A stretch of DNA of 64,000 nt from an uncultured delta proteobacterium (lineage in GTDB: Bacteria; Desulfobacterota; Desulfomonilia; Desulfomonilales; Desulfomonilaceae). Within the stretch, counting starts at the first letter, position 1, and each line of letters opens with the position of its first letter. Below are positions 9,747-17,094 of this stretch, piece after piece. The notes under the pieces are model-generated. The model saw nothing but the letters and a program-made list of their open reading frames with translations, had not been told where the DNA came from and did not search any database. Location: positions 2,048,001-2,112,000 of the forward strand of contig CAWBKB010000001.1 of assembly GCA_963789265.1 (NCBI GenBank), given 5' to 3'. Both the position numbers and the translations under genes were made by a program.

Positions 9747-9775
9747 ATCATATTGCGCAACGCGGGACAATGCAA
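9747..9775 (-). promoter_or_regulatory. higBA promoter (likely leaderless transcript)
   Basis: TTGCAT-17 nt-TATGAT, 6 nt before ATG; TTGCGCAA palindrome in spacer. Confidence 0.65.
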
Positions 9776-9806
9776 GTTCAAAAATGAAAGACATCCAATC
9801 GGCAGG

Positions 9807-10043
9807 CTACCACCCCTTATTCCACCACGGCCCGATCTGCCAGAACGATGTAACCCCTTCTCTGCGGTTGAAAACGGGGAATCCGGCCGCCCGGAGTGCT
9901 TCCAGGTCCCGGTAAATCGTTCGGTATTTTGCCTCGAGTACCCGACAGAGTTCTTCCACCTGGCAACCCGATGGATTTGCCGACAGGTAGCGGACCAGCT
10001 TCCACTGACGAATTAGTGATGTGTTTGGGTGGTCTTTTGCCAT
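9807..10043 (-). CDS. Stand-alone wHTH resembling the N-terminus of WYL-domain regulators
   Basis: LIRQWKLVRYL...VEELCRVLEAKYRTIYRDLEALRAAGFPV; ends before any WYL domain. Confidence 0.7.
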   Translation of the reverse strand: MAKDHPNTSLIRQWKLVRYLSANPSGCQVEELCRVLEAKYRTIYRDLEALRAAGFPVFNRREGVTSFWQIGPWWNKGW

Positions 10044-10057
10044 GGTACGATAGGCAG

Positions 10058-10567
10058 TTAATTATCGTGTTGCGTCTCGCTTGCTTGCTTCCCCTGGAAG
10101 TCGAGAATCCAATCCGTGAGTTTTGAGCGGTCTACCAATTCGCAGCCGTTCGATTGCGCCAGGGTTCGGGCTCCCTTTGTGAAAAGGCTGTTCGTCACAA
10201 CCTGCGCCTCGCTGCATTTATAGTAGGTCTTTCCTGCTACCGCGTCCGATATTGCCCTTCGACTCACCGATTTACCGTGACGCTTGCATTGAATCGCAGT
10301 TCTGGTGCCGTTCGATACTGCTATGAGGTCAACGCCAAGGTCACCGCTGTCAGGCGTAAATTGTACCCGCTTCCCCTGATGCTGGAGCAAACGTGCAACG
10401 TAATTCTCAAACTCGCGCCCGCTCATGAGATCGACCCTGGAAATGTCCAGAGCCCTTATCCTTCGCTCTATCCTCCGCCGTTGCTTCACGCCCCTCCAAA
10501 CGCCCCAGGCGACCACGAGTACTATGCCGAGTAAGAAGAGAAGAGTCAATAAGCTGCTGTCGTCCAT
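10058..10567 (-). CDS. Membrane-anchored Mrr-family restriction endonuclease
   Basis: N-terminal TM helix; SGREFE, SGDLGVDL, IQCKR, VVTNSLFT. Confidence 0.88.
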   Translation of the reverse strand: MDDSSLLTLLFLLGIVLVVAWGVWRGVKQRRRIERRIRALDISRVDLMSGREFENYVARLLQHQGKRVQFTPDSGDLGVDLIAVSNGTRTAIQCKRHGKSVSRRAISDAVAGKTYYKCSEAQVVTNSLFTKGARTLAQSNGCELVDRSKLTDWILDFQGKQASETQHDN

Positions 10568-11051
10568 CTGAGCCCCCCTGAATAAAGTTACGACTCCGCG
10601 CGAACGCAATCAAGAGAAATCTGTGTCGCCTCAACTGCCTTCACAGGACCCGCGTGGTTGCGATTTCAGGCGAGAGATAGGGATTGATGCCCGGAGAGCC
10701 TGAACCTCGCTGAGATTTGACTACACGGAGCCAGTGGCGCACCTTCTTGGCTACCTTCTGTTCACTGAACATGCAGAGAAGAATTAGACCGTCCAGGGTG
10801 AAGTACCGTTCGCGAGTCGGAGGACGATGTACATCATGTGTAGGCGATACGCCTATTCGAGTGGAATTATAGTCGAATCCGGCCCGTATCAGCCAGGATG
10901 TTTATTTGGGTGCAATCATTGTCGAATTCGTCCTTATGGGTTTTGAGCCCAGCCGCAACGAGAAACGACCGGGCTCTTGCCCTGGCTCGGAAGGGTTTGA
11001 CCAGGGCGCCCAGGCCGCCGAAAACTACTTGGAAAACGGCGGCCTATCGAG

Positions 11052-11121
11052 TTATCCACAACCCTCCGGGGGACCGAGAAGTTATCCACAGGTTACTTCC
11101 GGGAGGGAAAAGTTATCAACA
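11052..11121 (+). promoter_or_regulatory. Cluster of three DnaA boxes
   Basis: TTATCCACA 11052-11060 and 11082-11090, TTATCAACA 11113-11121; 30/31-bp period. Confidence 0.75.
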
Positions 11122-11158
11122 GCCCCTGCCTCCGCAGGAGGTGCGAAAAAATTACGCA

Positions 11159-12175
11159 TCATGAGTACGAAACCTCCGTGGGATCATTGGTGGAGACGAT
11201 TTTGGGGGCGTTGTAGGCAGCATAACGAAGAAAATAATTGGCGAGTCGATCCCGAACCGCTTGAAAAAATTCTGAGATGTCGATCTTGGGTTTTTCTTGG
11301 ATTATGTGCCGCGTTCCTTGCAAGAGTCCTGCTGCCCCATTCACCACAAACTGTGTCTCGCCTGCTGTCAAAATGATGCAGTTGTTATCAGCGTCCAGGA
11401 TGATCGAGGGGCCAATATCCTGATTCTCTTTTGCGGACAGGATCATGACCCGTCCCTTGTCATCTTGCGCCCATCTGTAGATTCCTTGCCCGTTGAGATC
11501 AACCTCGCCAGTGATCGCGACTCCGCCGGCGATCAGTTCAGAGGGCTTCCAGGAGGTTCCTGCCATAACGGATTTAACGCCTCGAACCTCGCCTTTGCGG
11601 TACTTGCTCTCGTCGTTCTTTTGCTCCTGCTGGTCTTCCGTTTGGCCGGGCGCCACCGAAAAATGTCCTGCCCCTGTCCAATCCAGCAATGCTAGAGTTT
11701 CTGCTTTGCCGTTGTCATCCATCAGGAGGGTATGGCCGGCCTCGCTCTTCAGGAGTCTTATGCGAGTACCCTGGCGCACATCATTATCGCTGTAGACCTT
11801 AGCTTCCGCGGGAATCATCTCCGATTTGTCATCCTTAGAAGCGTTCCACGCAGAGAACGGGAAGACAATCGGGCTCGCATAATAGTCACCGCCAGGGAAG
11901 GCCACAGTAACGAGTTCCTTCGGGACAGGGCACCACCACATTCCCATGTCGCCATTACCGGCCGAACCGCCCATCGGCAACCAGGACATTTCGCACCAGT
12001 TCGACCAATTCCTGTAGTCTCCGTCTTCGAGCAGGCTTCGGATCTCAACTCGGACGCGACCTTTTCGTAACGGGTCTTTCAGGTCCTTGACGACTCCCAC
12101 GTGGCAACTTGCACCTTGGAGAATGTGGTGCGCCTCGCGCGGAATCGGGATTTTATTTTGTCGGGGGTCCGTCAT
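11159..12175 (-). CDS. Gp5/VgrG-type baseplate central spike protein (OB-fold)
   Basis: GVVKDLKDPLRKGRVRV...WSNW...GMWWCP...VTVAF.GGD...PIV and KSEAGHTLLMDD motifs of the gp5/gpV N-terminal OB-fold and beta-helix start. Confidence 0.82.
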   Translation of the reverse strand: MTDPRQNKIPIPREAHHILQGASCHVGVVKDLKDPLRKGRVRVEIRSLLEDGDYRNWSNWCEMSWLPMGGSAGNGDMGMWWCPVPKELVTVAFPGGDYYASPIVFPFSAWNASKDDKSEMIPAEAKVYSDNDVRQGTRIRLLKSEAGHTLLMDDNGKAETLALLDWTGAGHFSVAPGQTEDQQEQKNDESKYRKGEVRGVKSVMAGTSWKPSELIAGGVAITGEVDLNGQGIYRWAQDDKGRVMILSAKENQDIGPSIILDADNNCIILTAGETQFVVNGAAGLLQGTRHIIQEKPKIDISEFFQAVRDRLANYFLRYAAYNAPKIVSTNDPTEVSYS

Positions 12176-12272
12176 TGGATTGCACTCCTTAGAAGAAAAT
12201 CCCGCCCCACGGCCATAGGAATGGTTGAGACTCCGGGAGGCGGGCCTATCCGCCTGACGAGCGGGTAAAACG

Positions 12273-12650
12273 TTAAAATTCCAAAGTTTCGACTGGTTGT
12301 CCTACGTCGGTTGCGTGTGTAATCGCCATGCCATGTTTGACCTGACCATCGGCAACCGGAAAAACGGCATTCCCAGCGCCAAAACAGAAGGGGCCGACTG
12401 GTACGGCAGCGCCACTAACCCTCGTGCGCCTCAACACGAAGCTTGATACCACCACGCATGTTTCGGGATCTAAGCAGCCGTAATTGCTGGCTGAATGCCG
12501 TGAAATCACTTCACCGACAACATTTGCACTCCCCTGGCTAGAAATCGGTTGCACCGACATGTCGCCGATGATTTCAACGATGTCTCCTGCCTGAGTCTCT
12601 GGCGTGCATGTGAACATGTCAGACAGCGGTTCACCTGCGACTTTATTCAT
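12273..12650 (-). CDS. Putative capsid cement/decoration protein
   Basis: 125 aa beta-rich, AGDIVEI...VVGEV...SGAAVPVG...HGMAITHATDVGQPVETL; resembles DUF2190/beta-tulip cement proteins (by eye). Confidence 0.5.
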   Translation of the reverse strand: MNKVAGEPLSDMFTCTPETQAGDIVEIIGDMSVQPISSQGSANVVGEVISRHSASNYGCLDPETCVVVSSFVLRRTRVSGAAVPVGPFCFGAGNAVFPVADGQVKHGMAITHATDVGQPVETLEF

Positions 12651-12858
12651 TTTGCCCCCCGATCTTGACCCATCCTTTTGTAGCCAACTTTTGCACCGCC
12701 TCTCGAATGTCTTCCTCCATGAGCCTATCAGCAGCATCCTTCTTTCGGTTTGCCATCTCAAGTTCCGTATCCCGCGGGCCCGCTCCGTCTGTGCAGTGCT
12801 CGAAGCTGAACACCGTTTCGCCGTCGATCACTTCAGCATGTGGTATTGTCGCATTCAT
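12643..12858 (-). CDS. Small hypothetical protein
   Basis: 71 aa, overlaps both neighbours, GGAG RBS. Confidence 0.55.
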   Translation of the reverse strand: MNATIPHAEVIDGETVFSFEHCTDGAGPRDTELEMANRKKDAADRLMEEDIREAVQKLATKGWVKIGGQNE

Positions 12859-13011
12859 CGGTTGTTTCTCCTCGCCTTGGCCACGTTCCGATAGTAGGTA
12901 CGGCGCTCTTCCAGCAGATCCACGTCCTGACAGGTCTCAATGTGGCGTCTGGTCCTTAATCTCTTCACGGCTGAGCTTCAACTGAACATTAACGCTGTCA
13001 GCTTTGAGCAT
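12855..13011 (-). CDS. Small ORF, probably frameshifted
   Basis: MLKADSVNVQLKLSREEIK + frame-shifted RRHIETCQDVDLLEERRTYYRNVAKARRNNR*; TGATG and ATGA overlaps couple it to both neighbours. Confidence 0.4.
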
Positions 13012-13805
13012 CAGGCAACCTCGGCTTTGGCCAGCGCCGCCTCAGCCCGCGGAAGGTATGCTCTTATGGCGGCCCGGACCATGCACTCATCTTCATCCGC
13101 TCCACTCGGTAGCCGCGTGCTCAGACCCCATGGCATCGACCATGTGTAACGGGTTATCTCCCCCTTGCTCCTGTCAAGCTCACCGCCGAGCGGCCGTAAG
13201 GTGTCACCGGCTTTACGTTTGGATAGAAAACCCATCACGGCCGTCTCTAAATGTTTTTCCAGACAACCGCCCAGGTCGCGGAGTCGTTCCAAATCATTCA
13301 TATACACATTAAGATGGAATCCGACCCGGCGACCGGAAAACATCGGCCGAATGTGGCCGCAATGAGCTTTGGCATACTTTTTGACAGCGGCCCTCATGAA
13401 AAATGCCCTCTCGTCCGGCTGAACCGGCAAAAACTCGTCTGCCAAGTCGCTGGGGACAACCCAGATGTAATTCGTGCACTGCTCAGACGCCCGGAAATTA
13501 GGCACGTTCAGCTTACCCTCAGTGAACACCGACTCGGGGCTCTTCGGCTGGTAATCTCTCACAGCGGCCCAGAAATGGTCCGACAGAGGATCGTCTAGTT
13601 CCCTGAACTTCTCGAAATAGCTGTTTTCGTACGCGACCATAATCCTGGTCAGACCCGGCACCCGAGGCGGCTCTACCGGCTCCGGCAACTGCGCCGCATA
13701 GAATGATACCGCTTTCTCAGCCGCATCCACAATGTGGCCCGTGGCCGCCAACCTCCGGTAATCTTCGTCCGAAACTCGTAATACCAAACCCAAATCGTGC
13801 GCCAT
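13011..13805 (-). CDS. Protein with five tandem ribbon-helix-helix-like units
   Basis: Repeated strand-helix-helix ending in EKAVSFY / WAAVRDY / RAAVKKY / ETAVMGFL / RAAIRAYL; AGGAGG RBS. Confidence 0.6.
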   Translation of the reverse strand: MAHDLGLVLRVSDEDYRRLAATGHIVDAAEKAVSFYAAQLPEPVEPPRVPGLTRIMVAYENSYFEKFRELDDPLSDHFWAAVRDYQPKSPESVFTEGKLNVPNFRASEQCTNYIWVVPSDLADEFLPVQPDERAFFMRAAVKKYAKAHCGHIRPMFSGRRVGFHLNVYMNDLERLRDLGGCLEKHLETAVMGFLSKRKAGDTLRPLGGELDRSKGEITRYTWSMPWGLSTRLPSGADEDECMVRAAIRAYLPRAEAALAKAEVA

Positions 13806-14102
13806 AAAGCCTCCTGAAAAAACCCAATAATGGTTGACTGCTCATTATCAAAGACTCGCTCGATGTCAAGGAAAATTAACCGCGCAAGTTAATCCAGTTT
13901 AATACGTTTAATGAGTTAAGAGAAAAAATATCAAAAACGGCATATACGGGGGAGAGATTGCCCTAAAATCGCCGACCCCGGGGGGGGGCCTTTTCAGACA
14001 TAGGGGGGGGTATACTTGTGGTACCATCGCGCCACGCTTGGTGTTTCAGTGCGGGGTGAGCTTGTGCGGTGAAACTTCTATCGTGCTCTGGTCTGTTGTA
14101 GA

Positions 14103-14420
14103 TCAACTCTCGTCGTCGTCGTCCAGCGCTGCCTTCGCTACGAACGCGTCAATCCTTTTGATCAACGGCTCCCAGCTTTGCGGCATGTATCCGTCCAAAC
14201 ACGCCATGATCATGAGGTTTATTCCCTCGGTTATAGCCTCCCGAGCTTCAACGAGAAGGGAAATTGCATCGTCGGTGCCTTCCCCGAGATATCCATCAAG
14301 GGCCTTTTGGCGGTTGGCGGGTAACTGAGCAACCAGCTTTTTCAATTCGATCATTGCCGGGTGCTTCGAGATGTCTCCGGGCTTTTTGCGAACGTTGGTT
14401 CCATCGTTTGCATTTTTCAT
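14103..14420 (-). CDS. Hypothetical protein, acidic C-terminus
   Basis: ATG at 14420 overlaps recombinase stop (ATGA); GGAGG RBS. Confidence 0.6.
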   Translation of the reverse strand: MKNANDGTNVRKKPGDISKHPAMIELKKLVAQLPANRQKALDGYLGEGTDDAISLLVEAREAITEGINLMIMACLDGYMPQSWEPLIKRIDAFVAKAALDDDDES

Positions 14421-15121
14421 GCGGCCCTCCTGTAAATCTTGGCAACCAGGACATCCGACCATACAGCGCCAGTCCGGGTCTGATAACCTTCCTGGTTCAA
14501 TTCCCGCGCTATCGCCCTGAATCCATGTCCATCTGCTTTGAGCTCGTGAATACGTGCAATGATCTTCTGCTCGGTAGGCTCCGGGACCAATACTTTGAGC
14601 GGTCGATCTTTGCCGGCCTGAACCTTTTCTTCAACCCCGAATCCAAAAGGAACATGACCGCCTGTCTTCTCGTTCCGCTCTTGCTTGTCTTTCATGATGG
14701 CCAGGGTGCGCTCACTCGTCACGTCACGTTCGAACTGAGCAAAGGCGCTCATCATACTGAAAAACAACTTACCTGCGGCACTGGTAGTGTCGATGGACTC
14801 GCTGACACTGATGAAGTCCCGGCCCAGCTTGTTCAACTTCTCAGCCGTTGCAATAGAATCCTGAGTCGAACGGAAAGCTCGGTCTAGTTTGAACACGATC
14901 AGACCGGCAACTTTGCCACTGTAAACCTCATCTAGGCAGGCTTTGAATCCGTGGCGTAGGTGGATACTCTTAGCGGATACACCGTCGTCGTAATAGATGC
15001 AGTTCAGTTCGAGGCCCTTGGCCTGAGCATAGGCTGAGATTCGCTCGCCCTGCATTTTCAAGGACAAGCCGTCTTTGGCCTGCTTCGCGCTGCTCACCCG
15101 AACATAACCGTTGACTTTCAT
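14417..15121 (-). CDS. Serine recombinase (resolvase family with short C-terminal recombinase domain)
   Basis: GYVRVSS..Q, DDGVSA, FKLDRAFR, SERT, GGHVPFGF, IARELN..G..TRTG..W. Confidence 0.93.
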   Translation of the reverse strand: MKVNGYVRVSSAKQAKDGLSLKMQGERISAYAQAKGLELNCIYYDDGVSAKSIHLRHGFKACLDEVYSGKVAGLIVFKLDRAFRSTQDSIATAEKLNKLGRDFISVSESIDTTSAAGKLFFSMMSAFAQFERDVTSERTLAIMKDKQERNEKTGGHVPFGFGVEEKVQAGKDRPLKVLVPEPTEQKIIARIHELKADGHGFRAIARELNQEGYQTRTGAVWSDVLVAKIYRRAA

Positions 15122-15454
15122 AATCCATCCTCCCTTTTCTTTCGTCTACCCCTCTATACTGCACATTCCATGCCACTCTTCGCCCCGCGAGGCCACAATA
15201 TACAGCCTCCAAAGCGGCCCGTCGCGCAGATATGGTATGGTAAATCTCCTCGGGCCTGCTACAATGCGGAAATAATGCCGTGAGTGTCCGAAAAGTAAGG
15301 CAGAGTGTAGCTTATTGGGATCGCCCGACTTTTGGGGCAGTGTTTGAGCATAAAAAGCCCATTAACAGCCACTTTGGGTATTTAAAACCGCTCCATGAGA
15401 GGCCCAGGAAGGCGAGACCGCGTACTTTGCCAGGATCGGAGCAACCCTAGATGT

Positions 15455-15619
15455 TGGCACGAAGATTGCTTCTTATTATATGGCACGGTAATTGCTAAGA
15501 CATGGACCCGCAAGAGTGGCCCGGGCCTTGCATTATTAGCAGGTAGTATGCCATGAGACTATTTTGGCACGTGGCTAGAATTCTGTGACTAATTCCCTCT
15601 AAATGGCCCGCTTCCTGCA
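15455..15619. promoter_or_regulatory. Cluster of sigma54 -24/-12 motifs
   Basis: 15455-15470 +, 15481-15496 +, 15517-15532 +, 15538-15553 -, 15604-15619 +, degenerate 15565-15580 +. Confidence 0.75.
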
Positions 15620-15959
15620 TGTATTCCACGATAACACACCGCTTCTCACAATCGCTGATCTGAAACTCCGAGTAAACTAGGTGCATATACACCATATTTG
15701 CATCGAAATTAGAGCGCTGACATGGCAATGCTGGAGAGGCTTTGACCAGGTGGTCATCGGTAACAGCAGGCTCAGTGAGGAGTTAGAGAGGTTCCCAAAC
15801 TGGCCCGAGCGGTCAGTTTTCCGTGTTTCGCAAGAATCGCAATGGAAGTATGCATTGACGCATGGACCGGACAAGAAAACCGCGGGATTCCGCGGAGGCG
15901 TGGACGTGAGGAACCGGCAATCGCCACACTCTGAAAGTTTCTATAAACCTACTTCTTCA

Positions 15960-16078
15960 ATGAAATCAATTAGTGGACCGTTTTTTATAAAAGTGGACCG
16001 TTTGTGGACCACTTTGCATTTTTATAAGTCTCTGGAATCAGGATATATGGACCGAGTGCACCGAGTGGACCGTTTTTT
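15960..16078 (+). repeat. Right GTGGACC iteron array
   Basis: Copies at 15973, 15993, 16004, 16047, 16056 (GTGCACC), 16065. Confidence 0.85.
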
Positions 16079-16116
16079 TATTCCTAACATAAAGTAAAAA
16101 AGCATAAGAAAAGGGG

Positions 16117-16136
16117 TTGTGTGCAGGTTGTGTGCA
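16117..16136 (+). promoter_or_regulatory. Putative integrase arm-type sites (right), TTGTGTGCA x2
   Basis: 16117-16125 and 16128-16136, ~53 bp from core. Confidence 0.75.
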
Positions 16137-16189
16137 GGCGGGTATGGTGGTCAGTAAGTTGTAGTAATAACAGGGTTATTTGGTAGGCT

Positions 16190-16219
16190 TCCGGGGTTCA
16201 AGTCCCTGCACCGCCACCA
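16190..16219 (+). repeat. attR core
   Basis: Identical 30 bp to 1039-1068. Confidence 0.95.
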
Positions 16220-16500
16220 GCTAACCTGGCACTACCATTGCGGATTCCTTGTGCACTAAGAATCTTCGGTGTACCGCCGATCACTCCCAAAGCATCGTTC
16301 AAAGGCTGTACAAGGCAATTTCGCTAATATTCCATTCCTGAGTGCAGTGTCTTATATCGGGTGATGTTGCGTGCGCTTGCAGTCCTGCCCGCATTACACC
16401 TCATCGGGTATTTTCAAGTAGAAGCGCGGGATGGCTAAAGCGCCAGGCAACCGGCCCTTGAACAATCATCCAAAACAGCGTATAAAAATATGTTCGGGAC

Positions 16501-17082
16501 ATGAGAATAATTGCGGGCCGTTTCAAAGGATTGCGACTGCCTTCGCCCAAGAAAAAGGGGGTGCGCCCGACTACCGACCGAGTGCGGGAGGCATTGTTCA
16601 GCACCCTGGGCCCCGATGTCACAGATTCCCGCGTGCTCGACCTTTTCGCCGGGACAGGCGCTTTTGGCTTTGAAGCCCTCAGCCGCGGCGCAGCTTCAGT
16701 GGTGTTCGTGGACAGCGATCGCCAGGTAGCCCGCACCTTATCAAGGACGTGCCACGGTCTGGGAGTGGTAGACCAAGTCCGGATTCTGACCATGTCCGCC
16801 GAACAGGCCGTCAAAAGGCTCTCAGGGTCCGAAGAAAGATTCGAAATCATTTTTCTCGATCCCCCGTACGGGGAGCAATTGATTCCAGAGATGGTTTATA
16901 ATCCGATCTTTGCGAGCCTGTTCGAACGCAACGGCCTCCTGATCGTTGAAAGAGAAGAGAGGGCTTCGGAACTTGCTGTGCCCACAAGGTTCGAGAAGGA
17001 GTTCAATCGAAAATACGGTAGCACGATTATCGAAATATTTCGGTATAACATGAGCGATGTTTCAACCTTTCCATTGAGGTAG
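16501..17082 (+). CDS. rsmD: 16S rRNA m2G966 methyltransferase
   Basis: MRIIAG, RPTTDRVREALF, LDLFAGTG, DPPY. Confidence 0.95.
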   Translation: MRIIAGRFKGLRLPSPKKKGVRPTTDRVREALFSTLGPDVTDSRVLDLFAGTGAFGFEALSRGAASVVFVDSDRQVARTLSRTCHGLGVVDQVRILTMSAEQAVKRLSGSEERFEIIFLDPPYGEQLIPEMVYNPIFASLFERNGLLIVEREERASELAVPTRFEKEFNRKYGSTIIEIFRYNMSDVSTFPLR

Positions 17083-17094
17083 GGAATAGAGGGT

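Larger units (their letters stand above)
1039..16219. mobile_element. Integrated phage-satellite-like element (~15.2 kb) in tRNA-Met
   Basis: 30-bp direct repeat of tRNA 3' end at 1039-1068 and 16190-16219; integrase next to attL; primase-helicase, AlpA-like and HTH genes; no capsid/terminase/T4SS recognised. Confidence 0.92.

Noticed and set aside
11159..12175. Type VI secretion vgrG locus
   Set aside because: Only the gp5-like part is present (338 aa, no gp27-like hub) and there are no hcp, PAAR or effector-immunity neighbours.
13844..13869. sigma70 promoter for the RHH operon (TTGACA...GATAAT, minus strand)
   Set aside because: Spacer is only 14 nt as assembled, so it is not called.
15681..16097. 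138-aa ORF as target of the sigma54 cluster
   Set aside because: GTG start without clear RBS, no protein-like motifs, and it runs through the right iteron array.
1039..16219. Complete prophage or ICE
   Set aside because: No recognisable capsid, portal, terminase, tail tube/sheath, lysis, relaxase or T4SS genes within the att sites.
16227..16242. sigma54 motif TGGCACT-ACCA-TTGCG just outside attR
   Set aside because: Single motif outside the element; cannot be told from an ordinary host promoter or chance.
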